Shown here: one piece after another, positions 51,480-62,497 of the stretch
How the letters are laid out: the number at the start of each line of letters is the position of its first letter
Position numbering within the stretch: position 1 is the stretch's first letter
Source: Acidimicrobiales bacterium
GTDB lineage: Bacteria > Actinomycetota > Acidimicrobiia > Acidimicrobiales > Bog-793
DNA length: 64,000 bases
Assembly (NCBI GenBank): GCA_050010115.1
Contig: JBEKLQ010000002.1
Span: forward strand, 46,741-110,740
Direction: 5' to 3'
Translations under genes and position numbers: made by a program
Notes under the pieces: model-generated
The model's database searches: none
What the model was told of the DNA's origin: nothing
Seen by the model: the letters and a program-made list of their open reading frames with translations, nothing else

Positions 51480-52645
51480 GCAGCCTGCTCTCGACGGTCG
51501 ACTGCCCGCGCAGCGAGCAACCTTGCCTCCGCATCGACTGCGAGCACGTCGTCCACGGTTGCCAGTCTCGTCAGTTCGTGCACAGAAAGGGCGTCACCAA
51601 CGACTTCAGCGATCCCGCTCCACGTCAGCCGGCCTTCGAGGAACGCCGCCACCGCCACTTCGTTGGCGGCGTTCATGCAGGCCGGAGCGCTGTTGCCTGC
51701 ACGACCAGCGGCGAACGCCAAGGTCAGGCACTTGAACGTCTCCAGATCGGGCGGCTCGAACTCGAGTTGGCTGGCCTTCGTCCAGTCCAGCGCCCCGTAC
51801 GCGACCTCGAGGCGTGTGGGGTAGGCCAACGCGTAGCCGATCGGCAACCGCATGTCCGGGTTAGACAGCTGGGCGAGCGTCGCGCCGTCACGGAACTCCA
51901 CCATCGAGTGCACGATCGACTGGGGGTGGATCACGACGTCGATGCAGTCGTAGGACAGGCCGAACAGCTCGTGGGCCTCCAGCACCTCAAGGCCCTTGTT
52001 CATCAGCGTCGAGGAATCCACGGTGATCTTCGGGCCCATCTTCCAGGTCGGGTGGTCGAGCGCCTCGTTCACCGTGACCGAAGCGAGCTCGTTGAGCCGC
52101 CGTCCGCGGAACGGCCCTCCACTCGCTGTGAGCACGAGGCGAGCCACGCCGTCGGTGGTCCCGCCGAGGCACTGATGGATCGCGCAGTGCTCCGAGTCGA
52201 CGGGAACGAGCTCCGCCCCGTCCGTAGCCCGAGCGGCCTGCACGATCGGCGCGCCGGCTACGAGCGATTCTTTGTTGGCGAGTGCCAGGCGCTTGCCCGC
52301 CGCCAGTGCAGCCACAGTCACGTCGAGCCCGGCAAACCCCACGACCGCGTTCAGCACCACGTCCCCGCAGTCGACAAGCGAGGCGAGGGACCCCGGGCCG
52401 GCTCGCACCTCGGTTCCCGCTGGGACGAGAGCTTCGAGCTCGTCGGCCGACGATGTCTCAGCGATCGCGACGACGGCCGGCCGGAACCTACAGGCCTGGG
52501 CGGCGAGAGCGGCGACCGAGGATCCCGCACCGAGGGCGGCGACCTCGAAACGTTCCGGTGCGGCGGCGACAACGTCGAGCGCCTGCGTGCCGATCGAGCC
52601 GGTCGATCCAGCGATGACGATCTTGCGAGGCGCGCTCAACAACAA
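51476..52645 (-). CDS. dxr: 1-deoxy-D-xylulose-5-phosphate reductoisomerase
   Basis: KIVIAGSTGSIGTQALDV…, …LANKESLV…, …HPTWKMG…. TTG start. Confidence 0.9.
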   Translation of the reverse strand: MLLSAPRKIVIAGSTGSIGTQALDVVAAAPERFEVAALGAGSSVAALAAQACRFRPAVVAIAETSSADELEALVPAGTEVRAGPGSLASLVDCGDVVLNAVVGFAGLDVTVAALAAGKRLALANKESLVAGAPIVQAARATDGAELVPVDSEHCAIHQCLGGTTDGVARLVLTASGGPFRGRRLNELASVTVNEALDHPTWKMGPKITVDSSTLMNKGLEVLEAHELFGLSYDCIDVVIHPQSIVHSMVEFRDGATLAQLSNPDMRLPIGYALAYPTRLEVAYGALDWTKASQLEFEPPDLETFKCLTLAFAAGRAGNSAPACMNAANEVAVAAFLEGRLTWSGIAEVVGDALSVHELTRLATVDDVLAVDAEARLLAARAVDRREQAA

Positions 52646-52651
52646 TGCCCG

Positions 52652-54415
52652 TCAGCCGTGGAAGAGTCGGATGAGGCAATACGTCGCCGGCAGGACGAAT
52701 AGCAGGGCGTCGATCCGGTCGAGCAGGCCACCGTGGGCGGGTAGCACACTGCCCATGTCCTTGACCCCGAGCTCGCGCTTGATCATGGACTCGGCGAGAT
52801 CGCCGAGCGGCGCGAACACCGCCACGACGACGCCGAGCTCGGCAGCATGCGCAATGGTCCAAGGCGCCATCTGGCTCGTCACGCCGATGGCCACAGCGAT
52901 GGCAGCGAAGCAGCCGCCGAACAAGCCCTCCCACGTCTTGTTCGGGCTGATGGCCGGAGCGAGACGGTGCTTGCCGATCCAGCTACCGAACGCATACCCG
53001 CCGACGTCATAGGCAACGGTCGCCTCGATGGCCCCGAGCAGGTAGGCGACGCCATGGCGATGACCGAACAGGGTCGGATCGAGCAGCAACCCGGCGAAAC
53101 CCCCCATCCCGATCCACGCCCAACCCATCACCGTCGCCGAGAGGTTGGCGATCCGCGACTTGCGGGTGAGCCCGAGCAGGTACCAGCCCATCGTCGCCAT
53201 CACGAAGAAGGCACCGACCACAGGGAATGCCTGTGGGCCCTTCAGGTACGCGCCAATGGCGAGCGCCGGCACGCCGAGCAGCCCGAGCAGCACCGCCGGG
53301 CGATAGCGTGCCCGGCGCAGCGCCTGGTAGCACTCGGCGATCGACACGATCAGCACGAGCGACACGAGCGCGAGGGCCAGGGGCGGCCCGGCAAGAAAGC
53401 ACAGCAACGCCACGACCCCGACCCCGAGCCCGGTGACGGTGGCGATGATGGGGTCGCGCTTGCCTCCCGACTGAGTCGCCGGCGCCCCTACCGCGTCCGC
53501 CGTACCGGGGGCGCCCGACGCTGGCGCCGGCGCGGTCTCCGAGTCGTTGCCCGAGGTCGTCTGTCGCTTACGCCCGGCAAAGGTGACTTTCACCCGGTGA
53601 GCCGGCTTTCCGCGGTCTCGCGCCGAAGGTTCGGTCGTGGCAAGCCCGGACCTACCGCCGCCATCGGCCGAGCTCCGCCCGGCCTCGGTCTCCTCCCACG
53701 GATCGCCTTCGTCGTTCTCGCCGGCCCAAGCCGCAGCGTTCTCGCCGGCTCGATCGTCATATCCCGCGTCAAACTCGTTGACACCCGCTGTCGGATGGAA
53801 CGAGCCAGCCGTGGTCGAGCCACTGCTCGCTGGATCAACGACGAAATCGAACGCGAACGGGTCGGGCTCATCCGGGCTCAGCGTGTGCTCGGCGACGGAG
53901 GTACCCTCGTTGACGAGGTCCGCGAACGTCAAATCGTCGTGGGCCCAATCGCTCTCGACTTCACGCCACACCGGCCCCGGAACGGTCGGGGTGCGATCGG
54001 CCAGCGGATGCTCGAGCAGAACCCGCGGGATCTCTCGCGTCGGGGGGTCTCGCCAGTCCGGCAACGGAGCCGCCTCGGACGCCGGCGCGAACGTGTCCGC
54101 CGGAAGGTGGTCCTCATCGGCCTGATCGGGAGCGCCTGCGACGGGCGGGGCCGGTACAAGGCCGGCGGCAACGCCCGCCTCGATGCCCTCGATGCGCGCC
54201 CGCATGTGCGGCGACCGCCGGGACGGGGGCGCTGACGCCTCGGTCGCAGAGTCGCCCTCGCCCGCGATGGCTCGGGTCCCGGCCACGTCGCCTTCGGCGA
54301 TCTCCCCACCAAGTCCCAGCTCACCGACGTCACTCACGTCGTTGCCTTCGGTGACGGGATCGATGGTATAGGCCTCCGGGCGCTCGTCTCGATCTTCCAA
54401 TGTGGACTCCCTCAC
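52652..54415 (-). CDS. cdsA: Phosphatidate cytidylyltransferase with a long acidic N-terminal extension
   Basis: The C-terminal ~290 aa are a multi-TM CdsA core (…SPNKTWEG…, …GDLAESMIKRELGVKD…GHGGLLDRID…). The N-terminal ~300 aa are D/E/P/A-rich and keep coding-like GC3. The true start could be internal. Confidence 0.75.
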   Translation of the reverse strand: MRESTLEDRDERPEAYTIDPVTEGNDVSDVGELGLGGEIAEGDVAGTRAIAGEGDSATEASAPPSRRSPHMRARIEGIEAGVAAGLVPAPPVAGAPDQADEDHLPADTFAPASEAAPLPDWRDPPTREIPRVLLEHPLADRTPTVPGPVWREVESDWAHDDLTFADLVNEGTSVAEHTLSPDEPDPFAFDFVVDPASSGSTTAGSFHPTAGVNEFDAGYDDRAGENAAAWAGENDEGDPWEETEAGRSSADGGGRSGLATTEPSARDRGKPAHRVKVTFAGRKRQTTSGNDSETAPAPASGAPGTADAVGAPATQSGGKRDPIIATVTGLGVGVVALLCFLAGPPLALALVSLVLIVSIAECYQALRRARYRPAVLLGLLGVPALAIGAYLKGPQAFPVVGAFFVMATMGWYLLGLTRKSRIANLSATVMGWAWIGMGGFAGLLLDPTLFGHRHGVAYLLGAIEATVAYDVGGYAFGSWIGKHRLAPAISPNKTWEGLFGGCFAAIAVAIGVTSQMAPWTIAHAAELGVVVAVFAPLGDLAESMIKRELGVKDMGSVLPAHGGLLDRIDALLFVLPATYCLIRLFHG

Positions 54416-54437
54416 GACGCAGAGCCGCTGTCAGCGC

Positions 54438-55016
54438 TCAGAGTTCGAGCAATTCCTTCTCCTTGGCCGCCAGCTGGTGCTCGACCTGAGCGATCAACTC
54501 GTGGGTCAGCTTCTCAAGTTCCTTCTCGGCGCGCTCCAACTCGTCGGATGAGATCTCACCGTCCTTCTCGAGTGCCTCCAGCTCGTGGCGAGTGGCGCGG
54601 CGCACATTGCGGACGGCCACGCGACCGTCCTCGGCCCGGTGCCGGACGACCTTCACGAGCTCCTTGCGTCGCTCGGTCGTCAGCTCAGGAAAGACCAGCC
54701 GGATCACCGTGCCGTCATTGGACGGATTAATACCCAGATCAGACGACGAGATTGCTTTCTCGATAGCTTTCAGCGCTCCCTTGTCGTACGGCGATACGAC
54801 GAGCACCCTCGGTTCGGGCACGCTGAAGCCCGCCACCTGCTGCATCGGCACCTCGGTGCCGTAGTAGTCAACCCGGAGCTTCTCGATCAGCACCGGCGAC
54901 GCCCGCCCAGTCCGGACCGAGGCGAAGTCGGCTTTGGCGTGATCGACCGCCTTGTGCATCCGCTCACGGCACTCCTCGAGGGCCGCCTGGATGAGCTCGG
55001 AGCCCTCGGTCGTCAC
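54438..55016 (-). CDS. frr: Ribosome recycling factor
   Basis: 192 aa. …VRTGRASPVLIEKLRVDYYG…, …IRLVFPELTTERRKELVK…. Confidence 0.92.
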   Translation of the reverse strand: MTTEGSELIQAALEECRERMHKAVDHAKADFASVRTGRASPVLIEKLRVDYYGTEVPMQQVAGFSVPEPRVLVVSPYDKGALKAIEKAISSSDLGINPSNDGTVIRLVFPELTTERRKELVKVVRHRAEDGRVAVRNVRRATRHELEALEKDGEISSDELERAEKELEKLTHELIAQVEHQLAAKEKELLEL

Positions 55017-55774
55017 GAGATCAGCGTACCGATCCGCTCGCCCGCGAGGGCGGCTCGGATGTTGCCGGGCTGCATGATGTCGAATATCAGGATCGGGATG
55101 GAGTTGTCGCGGCAGAACGTGATCGCGGTGAGGTCCATGACGCGCAGATCGCGCGATACGACATCCATGAAGCCAATCTCCTCGTACCGGACGGCATCGG
55201 TATCGAGCCGGGGATCAGCGCTGTACACACCGTCCACGCCTGAATGCGTGCCTTTCATGATGGCGTCTGCCTCGATCTCGGCTGCGCGCAGAGCGGCAGG
55301 CGTATCGGTCGTAAAGTACGGGCTGCCCATCCCCGCTGCGAGGATTACCACTCGCCCCTTCTCGAGGTGGCGGATCGCCCGCCGCCGGATGTACGGCTCG
55401 CAGACCTCGGCCATCTGGATGGCCGACAGCACGCGTGTGGGCTGGCCCTCCCGCTCGATGGCGTCTTGTAGCGCCAGAGCGTTGATCACGGTTGCGAGCA
55501 TGCCCATGGTGTCCGAGGTGGCGCGGTCCATCCCTTCGCCGGCGCCGATCGTGCCACGCCAGATGTTGCCGCCACCGACGACGACCGCCATCTCCACCCC
55601 GAACTCGGAGCGTGCCGCGCTGATCTCGCGGGCCAGCCGCCCGACGGTGGCGGCGTCGATCGTCTCGTCGGAGGCCGCGCTCGCGAGCGCCTCGCCGGAC
55701 AGCTTCAGTACGACGCGTCCCCACCGGGGCAACGCCACCGCTCCAGTGGCGACAAGAGCCGGCCCGTCGGGCAT
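55013..55774 (-). CDS. pyrH: UMP kinase
   Basis: …RVVLKLSGEAL…, …VVVGGGNIWRG…, …GMGSPYFTTDT…. ATGA-type overlap with frr. Confidence 0.92.
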   Translation of the reverse strand: MPDGPALVATGAVALPRWGRVVLKLSGEALASAASDETIDAATVGRLAREISAARSEFGVEMAVVVGGGNIWRGTIGAGEGMDRATSDTMGMLATVINALALQDAIEREGQPTRVLSAIQMAEVCEPYIRRRAIRHLEKGRVVILAAGMGSPYFTTDTPAALRAAEIEADAIMKGTHSGVDGVYSADPRLDTDAVRYEEIGFMDVVSRDLRVMDLTAITFCRDNSIPILIFDIMQPGNIRAALAGERIGTLIS

Positions 55775-55775
55775 C

Positions 55776-56579
55776 TCAAGACCCGACGACGACCTGGGCG
55801 AACCGGAGCAGATCGGCGCCGCCGTGGGAGGCCAAGAGGCCAGCGATCGCCTGCTTCTCGTCTCGCACGTACGGCTGCTCGAGGAGACACCGTTCCTTGA
55901 ACCAGCCGTTCAAGCGACCCTCGATGATCTTCGGCAGTGCTGCCTCGGGCTTGCCCTCGTTGCGCGAGATCGTCTCGATCGTCTGGCGCTCGGCGGCGAC
56001 GGCATTTTCGGGGACATCCTCCCGGCGCAGGTATTCGGGCCGGGAGAATGCGACGTGAACAGCGATGTCGTGGGCAAGCTCCTGGCTACCGCCGGCGAGC
56101 TCGACGAGGACGGCATTGACGCCCCGGGCGTTCTGGATGTGCAGATAGCTGCCGATGACCGATCCCTCAGCTGCTTCGAAGCGCCGAGTCTGGCCGATGG
56201 CGATGTTCTCTTTCAAGGTCACGGCGAGCTTCTCGACGCGCTCGCGCTGTGCCTCGAGCGCGGTCTCGCCGCCCGCAGCCAGCTCGGCTGCGAGCTCGTC
56301 GACGAGCTGTACGAAGTCCGCCGACTTGGCGACGAAGTCCGTCTCACACTCGAGGGCCACGATCGCGCCGACGTGGCCGTCGACGACGACCGCGACGGCA
56401 CCCTCGGAGCGGTCACGGTCGGCTCGCTTGCCGGCGCTCACCTTGCCCTGCTCGCGCAGCCACTGCGCCGCCTTTTCGAGATCGCCGTCATTCTTGAGCA
56501 GCGCCTCCCGGCAGTCCAAGATGCCCGCGCCGGTGAGCTTGCGCAGCGCGGCGATGTCCTTGGCTGTGAACTCTGCCAT
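55776..56579 (-). CDS. tsf: Translation elongation factor Ts
   Basis: MAEFTAKDIAALRKLTGAGILDCREALLKNDGDLEKA… (UBA-like N-terminus). 267 aa. Confidence 0.92.
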   Translation of the reverse strand: MAEFTAKDIAALRKLTGAGILDCREALLKNDGDLEKAAQWLREQGKVSAGKRADRDRSEGAVAVVVDGHVGAIVALECETDFVAKSADFVQLVDELAAELAAGGETALEAQRERVEKLAVTLKENIAIGQTRRFEAAEGSVIGSYLHIQNARGVNAVLVELAGGSQELAHDIAVHVAFSRPEYLRREDVPENAVAAERQTIETISRNEGKPEAALPKIIEGRLNGWFKERCLLEQPYVRDEKQAIAGLLASHGGADLLRFAQVVVGS

Positions 56580-56584
56580 CTACT

Positions 56585-57748
<1,164 letters not shown>

Positions 57749-57932
57749 AGTTGACTTCCTCCCGGCGGTTGAGCTGATCCGGGCACGGCGCCTGCACGGC
57801 GACCGCGGGTGTACCCGGACGAGACTGTGAACAAGGTGCAAGGCCCGATCGGACCTCGGCGAAGATCGTAGCCGCTGCAATGACCGACTCTGCCAGCACC
57901 AGGCAGACGAGCGTGGAAGGCTTGTGGGGTCC

Positions 57933-58709
57933 TCAGCCCATCTCGTCGCGCAAGCGGTGCCGGAGCTGGTGGACCGCCTTCGTGTGAATCTGGCAGGCCC
58001 GGCTCTCGGTCACGCCCAGGATGTCCCCGATCTCGGACAGGTTCAACCGCTCGTAGTAGTACAGCGTGAGCACGGTGCGCTCACGCTCGGCCAGGCTGGC
58101 GATGGCCCCGGCGACGAGGCGCCGGGTCTCTTGGATTTCGAGTCGCGCGGCGGGCCCGTCTTCACTGTCGGCGATCGTGTCCCCGAGCGTCCGGAACCCC
58201 TGACCTCCCGTGAACAGCACTTCGTCGAGCTGCAGAACGCTCGCCCGCGTCGTCTGGCTCAGCATCGAGTCCAGCTCGGCGGCGGAGATGCCGAGCTCCG
58301 CTGCCAGCTCGTCATCGGTAGGTGAGCGTTGCAGGCGGTTCTCGAGCTTCGTGTAGGCCGCATCGGCAGCCCGCGCCTTGGCTCGGACCGATCGGGGCAC
58401 CCAGTCGATCGATCGCAGCTCGTCCAGGATCGCGCCGCGGATTCGCGGCACTGCGTACGTCTCGAACTTGAAGCCCCGATCAGGATCGAATTTCTCGATC
58501 GCATCGATCAAGCCGATGATCCCGTAGCTCACGAGGTCGGCGCCGTCGAGGGAACTGGGAAGGCGCGACAGCACCCGGCTGGCCACGAACTTCACCAGCG
58601 GCGAGTAGTGCAGGATCAAGCGATCCCGTGCCGACCGCCCGCCGCCGGCTTTGAACTCCGCCCAGAGCTCCTCGACGGTCTCGATGCGCTTCACGCTCAT
58701 GGTGGTCAT
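57933..58709 (-). CDS. FliA/WhiG-family (sigma-28-type) RNA polymerase sigma factor
   Basis: ATG at 58709 ([10 protein letters not shown]…). Region 2: …[18 protein letters not shown]…[19 protein letters not shown]. Region 4: …[29 protein letters not shown] overlap with xerC. Confidence 0.85.
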   Translation of the reverse strand: MTTMSVKRIETVEELWAEFKAGGGRSARDRLILHYSPLVKFVASRVLSRLPSSLDGADLVSYGIIGLIDAIEKFDPDRGFKFETYAVPRIRGAILDELRSIDWVPRSVRAKARAADAAYTKLENRLQRSPTDDELAAELGISAAELDSMLSQTTRASVLQLDEVLFTGGQGFRTLGDTIADSEDGPAARLEIQETRRLVAGAIASLAERERTVLTLYYYERLNLSEIGDILGVTESRACQIHTKAVHQLRHRLRDEMG

Positions 58710-59647
58710 GCCCTCGGGTGCGCGTTCCGGTACGCACCCACGAGCCGCTCCGTGGAGACGTGTGTGTACACCTCGGTCGTGCGAAGACTGGCATGACCGA
58801 GCAGTTCCTGTACGACCCGCAAGTCCGCGCCGCCATCGAGCAGGTGCGTGGCGTAGGTGTGGCGGAGCGCGTGCGGGTGCGTCGGTACCGGCGATCGGCG
58901 ATCGAGGACGCGCCTTACATCTCGCGGCGTAATCCGCCGGCGCCGGGCATTCAAGAACACTGCTGGCGTGGCGTCGGCAGGATCGAGCAAGTGAGTGCGT
59001 CCGCGGGTCAGGTACGCCGATACGGCTTCCACGCTGGGCTCGCTGAGCGGCACCCGCCGCTGCTTGGACCCCTTCCCCCAGACGGTGACGGCGCGGGCCG
59101 TCAGGTCGAGATCCGCCAAGTCGAGCCCGCACAGCTCGCCCACACGGAGCCCACTGCCGTACAGGAGCTCGAGGATGGCGTCGTCCCGCAGCCGACGAGC
59201 CGGATCCTCAGCCTCGTCGGCCGCCCGCACACCGTCGAGCAGCTCGTCCAGCTCACTCGGCGCCAGCACCCGGGGTAGGCGCGCCTCGCCCGCCGGCGCT
59301 ATCAATCGCCTGGCCGGATCGGAGTCGATGACGCCCGTGCGCCGGAGCCAAGCGAAGTAACTCCGGAGTGCGGAGGCCTTGCGGGCGATGGAACGGCGGG
59401 CGTAGCGGCGGGTGGCCAGGTACGCGAGATATCGACGCAGCACCAGGCGATCAACGCTGCCTGGATCCTCCACGCCAGAGCGTTCGAGCCACTCGAGAAA
59501 CCCAACGACATCTCCCTCATAAGCCCTACGGGTGGCGGGCGACTGCCCGGCTAGCGAGCGCACGAAGCCATCAACCTCGAACCCCACAGCGAAACGGTAC
59601 CTGAGCACGACGCCTGACCGCGGCTCCGTCACCCATCGGGTCCTCAA
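58706..59647 (-). CDS. xerC: Tyrosine recombinase XerC-type
   Basis: …LLYGSGLRVGEL…, …HALRHTYATHLLDGGADLRVVQELLGHASLRTTEVYTHV (R…HxxR…Y). Housekeeping context next to rpsB/tsf. The start is uncertain. Confidence 0.8.
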   Translation of the reverse strand: MRTRWVTEPRSGVVLRYRFAVGFEVDGFVRSLAGQSPATRRAYEGDVVGFLEWLERSGVEDPGSVDRLVLRRYLAYLATRRYARRSIARKASALRSYFAWLRRTGVIDSDPARRLIAPAGEARLPRVLAPSELDELLDGVRAADEAEDPARRLRDDAILELLYGSGLRVGELCGLDLADLDLTARAVTVWGKGSKQRRVPLSEPSVEAVSAYLTRGRTHLLDPADATPAVFLNARRRRITPRDVRRVLDRRSPVPTHPHALRHTYATHLLDGGADLRVVQELLGHASLRTTEVYTHVSTERLVGAYRNAHPRA

Positions 59648-59666
59648 GTAGGGGAAGATGTTGCAT

Positions 59667-60359
59667 ATGACCAGCCGAATCCTCCTCGTCGAAGACGACG
59701 AACGTATCCGAGCCTCGATGCGGTTGTCGCTCGAGGACGAGGGGTACGACGTCGAGGAAGCAGGCAGCGGCGAGGAGGCACTGGAGGCTCATGCCCGTTC
59801 GCTCGTCGGCGGGGGCTTCGATCTGTTGGTCATCGACATCATGCTGCCGGGGATGGACGGCTTCGAGTGCTGCCGGGAGCTCCGCAAGGTGTCCACCGTG
59901 CCGATCATCATGGTGACGGCGCTCACCGACACGGCTCACGTGGTGACGGGTCTCGAAGCTGGGGCCGACGACTATGTCACCAAGCCCTTTGAACCGAAGG
60001 AGCTGGCAGCGCGGATCCGCGCCCTGCTCCGCCGAGCCAGGGCCACCGATGGCGGCCCTGTCTCGCTCGTCTTCGGGGACCTCGAGATCCTCCGGGAAGC
60101 CGGCGTCGTCCGCAGCCGGGGCGAGGAGGTGCACCTCACTAGGACGGAGTTCCTGCTGCTGTGCGAGCTTGCCGCCAACAGCGGCAAGGTGCTCTCCCGT
60201 GAGCAACTGCTGGAGCGGGTCTGGAGCTATGACTACTTCGGCGATGGCCGGTTGGTCGACGTTCACGTTCGCCGCCTGCGCACCAAGATCGAGAGCGACC
60301 CCAGCGAACCGCAGCACGTGATCACCGTCCGCGGCCTCGGTTACAAGCTGGCTCCGTGA
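59667..60359 (+). CDS. mtrA: OmpR-family response regulator (MtrA-like)
   Basis: …ILLVEDDE…, …DLLVIDIMLPGMDG…. wHTH …VITVRGLGYKL. ATG at 59667 is placed 9 nt after GGGGAAG. ATG at 59658 is an alternative. Confidence 0.8.
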   Translation: MTSRILLVEDDERIRASMRLSLEDEGYDVEEAGSGEEALEAHARSLVGGGFDLLVIDIMLPGMDGFECCRELRKVSTVPIIMVTALTDTAHVVTGLEAGADDYVTKPFEPKELAARIRALLRRARATDGGPVSLVFGDLEILREAGVVRSRGEEVHLTRTEFLLLCELAANSGKVLSREQLLERVWSYDYFGDGRLVDVHVRRLRTKIESDPSEPQHVITVRGLGYKLAP

Positions 60360-61879
60360 CGCAGGCGGGGACTCAGCCGGGCACCGTGTCTGGCACGGTT
60401 GCTGAGTTCGCTCGTGACCCGGCGCGGACGGTCACCCCGGGTCGGGGGCACCACTCCGGCACGCCCCGCGGCGGCCGGCAAAATACCGGCCGGCCACGCC
60501 GTCACCTGGGTCTCCGGGCAAGGGTGACGACGACGTTCGCTCTCGGGGCCCTCATCCTGTCCGGTGCTCTCGCGTCGATCACCTACTTCTCAGTCCGCTC
60601 GTCGGTGGTCAACCAGGAAGAATCCTCCCTCACGCACGAGGCGATCGCGAGCGCCGAGTCGTTGAAGGGGGCGATTCAGGTCCCGAACGCCGACTACCCG
60701 AATGCCCTCGCGTCACTGGACACTGCCCGGGGCTCGCAGTCCCTTCTCGAGAGCAGTGGACAGTGGTACCCATCGTCGCCGTCGCTGCAGCGCAACGTGC
60801 TCCCACAATCGCTGCGCTCCCTCGTGCGGCACGGCCGCTTGGCAGAGTTGATCGTCACGATCGGCGGGACACCGGAGCTAATCGTCGGTGTGCCGCTTGA
60901 GACCGACAATGGACTGGCGAGCTACTTTCAGCTGTTCAACTTGAGCGAGGTCCAGGGCACGCTGCGCACCCTGCTCGGGTCGCTCGTGCTCGCTGCCATC
61001 GTGACGACGCTCGGGGGTGCGGTGGTTGGCAGTTGGGGTGCTAGCCGAGCGCTGCGGCCGTTGCACCAGACTGCACAGGCTGCGCTGTCCATCGCCAAAG
61101 GGCGGCTCGACACCCGGCTGGAGAGTGACGCCTACGCGGATCTCGCGGTGTTGACGTCTGCCTTCAACGAGATGGCGGACGGGCTGCAAGAGCGCATCGC
61201 GCGGGAGATCCGGTTCACATCGGATGTCAATCACGAGTTGCGGTCGCCCCTGACGACCGTCGCTACTGCGCTCTCAGTGCTGGAATCTCGCCGAGACGAA
61301 CTACCCGAACGTGCCCGCCAAGCCCTCGACCTCCTCGGGGCCGAGGTTCGCCGCTTCCGTCGCCTCGTCGACGACCTGCTCGAGATCTCCCGCCTCGACG
61401 CCGGCCTGGGAGACATGAACGCTCAGGAGGTCTCACTCGGGCCCCTCGTCCGGCATTCCGTGGCGGCCACACGGAGACCGGTCCTGCTCGACATCCCCGG
61501 GACCGTCGGTGACCGGCGGGTGTTGGTCGACAAGGTTCGCTTCGAACGGGTCATGGCGAACCTGATCGAGAACGCCGACCGCTACGCCGGCGGCGCCACG
61601 CGAGTGGTGGTCGTGGCCGACGCGAAGTGGGGCCGCATCGCCGTGGAGGACCGCGGACCTGGCATCCCGGCCGAGGAACGGGAACGCATCTTCGATCGTT
61701 TCTCGCGCGGCTCGAGCGGTCGCCGCCGTGGCATGGGCGACGGCACGGGGCTCGGCCTGGCCATCGCCGCCGAGCACGCCCGGGTGCTGGGGGGCCGCGT
61801 CTGGGTGGAGCCGAACGGATCGAGGGGTTCCCGCTTCGTCGTCGAGATGCCGGTACTGCCGCCGTCGGAGGAGCACTGA
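60356..61879 (+). CDS. mtrB: Sensor histidine kinase (MtrB-like)
   Basis: Two TM segments plus HAMP. H-box SDVNHELRSPLTT. N box …LIENADRY. G2 GTGLGLAIA. GTGA overlap with the regulator gene. Confidence 0.8.
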   Translation: MTQAGTQPGTVSGTVAEFARDPARTVTPGRGHHSGTPRGGRQNTGRPRRHLGLRARVTTTFALGALILSGALASITYFSVRSSVVNQEESSLTHEAIASAESLKGAIQVPNADYPNALASLDTARGSQSLLESSGQWYPSSPSLQRNVLPQSLRSLVRHGRLAELIVTIGGTPELIVGVPLETDNGLASYFQLFNLSEVQGTLRTLLGSLVLAAIVTTLGGAVVGSWGASRALRPLHQTAQAALSIAKGRLDTRLESDAYADLAVLTSAFNEMADGLQERIAREIRFTSDVNHELRSPLTTVATALSVLESRRDELPERARQALDLLGAEVRRFRRLVDDLLEISRLDAGLGDMNAQEVSLGPLVRHSVAATRRPVLLDIPGTVGDRRVLVDKVRFERVMANLIENADRYAGGATRVVVVADAKWGRIAVEDRGPGIPAEERERIFDRFSRGSSGRRRGMGDGTGLGLAIAAEHARVLGGRVWVEPNGSRGSRFVVEMPVLPPSEEH

Positions 61880-62487
61880 TGCGACGACGACTGCTCCAAG
61901 GAGCGGCCACGTTCAGCTTCGTGTGTGTCATCGGCGTCGTGACAAGCGCCTGCGGCGTACCAATCGGATCGAGCCCGCAGGCCTTGCCCCAATCCGAGCT
62001 TCCCCAAGCATTGATGCAGCACGCTCCGAAACCGGTGCCGCCAGCCACGAACGGCGTCCAGGTCCCGATCTACTTCCTCTTCGACTCCCATCTGCTGCAG
62101 CAGGAGGCGTTCGTACACGGGCCGCCGACGCTGCAGGAGTTGCTGGACACGCTGGAAGTTGGCCCCTCCATCGGCCAGTACGGCAAGGGGATCAGCACGG
62201 CGCTGCAAGGGACGTCGAACCTCATAGCCATCGGAGTGGTGCGCGGCGTCGCCGAGGTCGGCCTCGACCAGGCGTACTACCAGCTGAGCGAGCCGCAGGC
62301 GGTCCTCGAACTGGGCCAGATCGTGTACACCGTGAGCGACCTGGCAAGCGTCAAGTCCGTGCTGTTCTATTTCGACGGCGAGCCGACAGATGTCGAGACC
62401 GAAAGTGGCAACACCGTGTCGGGTGCGGTGACGTCGGCAGACTACTGCCACGAGTCCTCCGCAGGCTGCCCGCACTCAGGGCACTAG
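61879..62487 (+). CDS. Short lipoprotein with a GerMN-like domain (LpqB-position gene)
   Basis: ATG at 61879 shares one nt with the kinase stop (TGATG). Signal and lipobox …FVCVIGVVTSAC. …VPIYFLFDSHLL…ELLDTLEVGPS…VAEVGLDQAY…QIVYTVSDL… is GerMN-like. Confidence 0.65.
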   Translation: MRRRLLQGAATFSFVCVIGVVTSACGVPIGSSPQALPQSELPQALMQHAPKPVPPATNGVQVPIYFLFDSHLLQQEAFVHGPPTLQELLDTLEVGPSIGQYGKGISTALQGTSNLIAIGVVRGVAEVGLDQAYYQLSEPQAVLELGQIVYTVSDLASVKSVLFYFDGEPTDVETESGNTVSGAVTSADYCHESSAGCPHSGH

Positions 62488-62497
62488 CGCTCCGCAG

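Noticed and set aside
58706-59647. The tyrosine recombinase as a marker of a phage or integrative mobile element.
   Set aside because: It sits in the conserved actinobacterial housekeeping context (xerC next to rpsB-tsf-pyrH-frr) and is translationally coupled to the sigma factor gene. No phage genes or att-like repeats are nearby. It is called chromosomal XerC.
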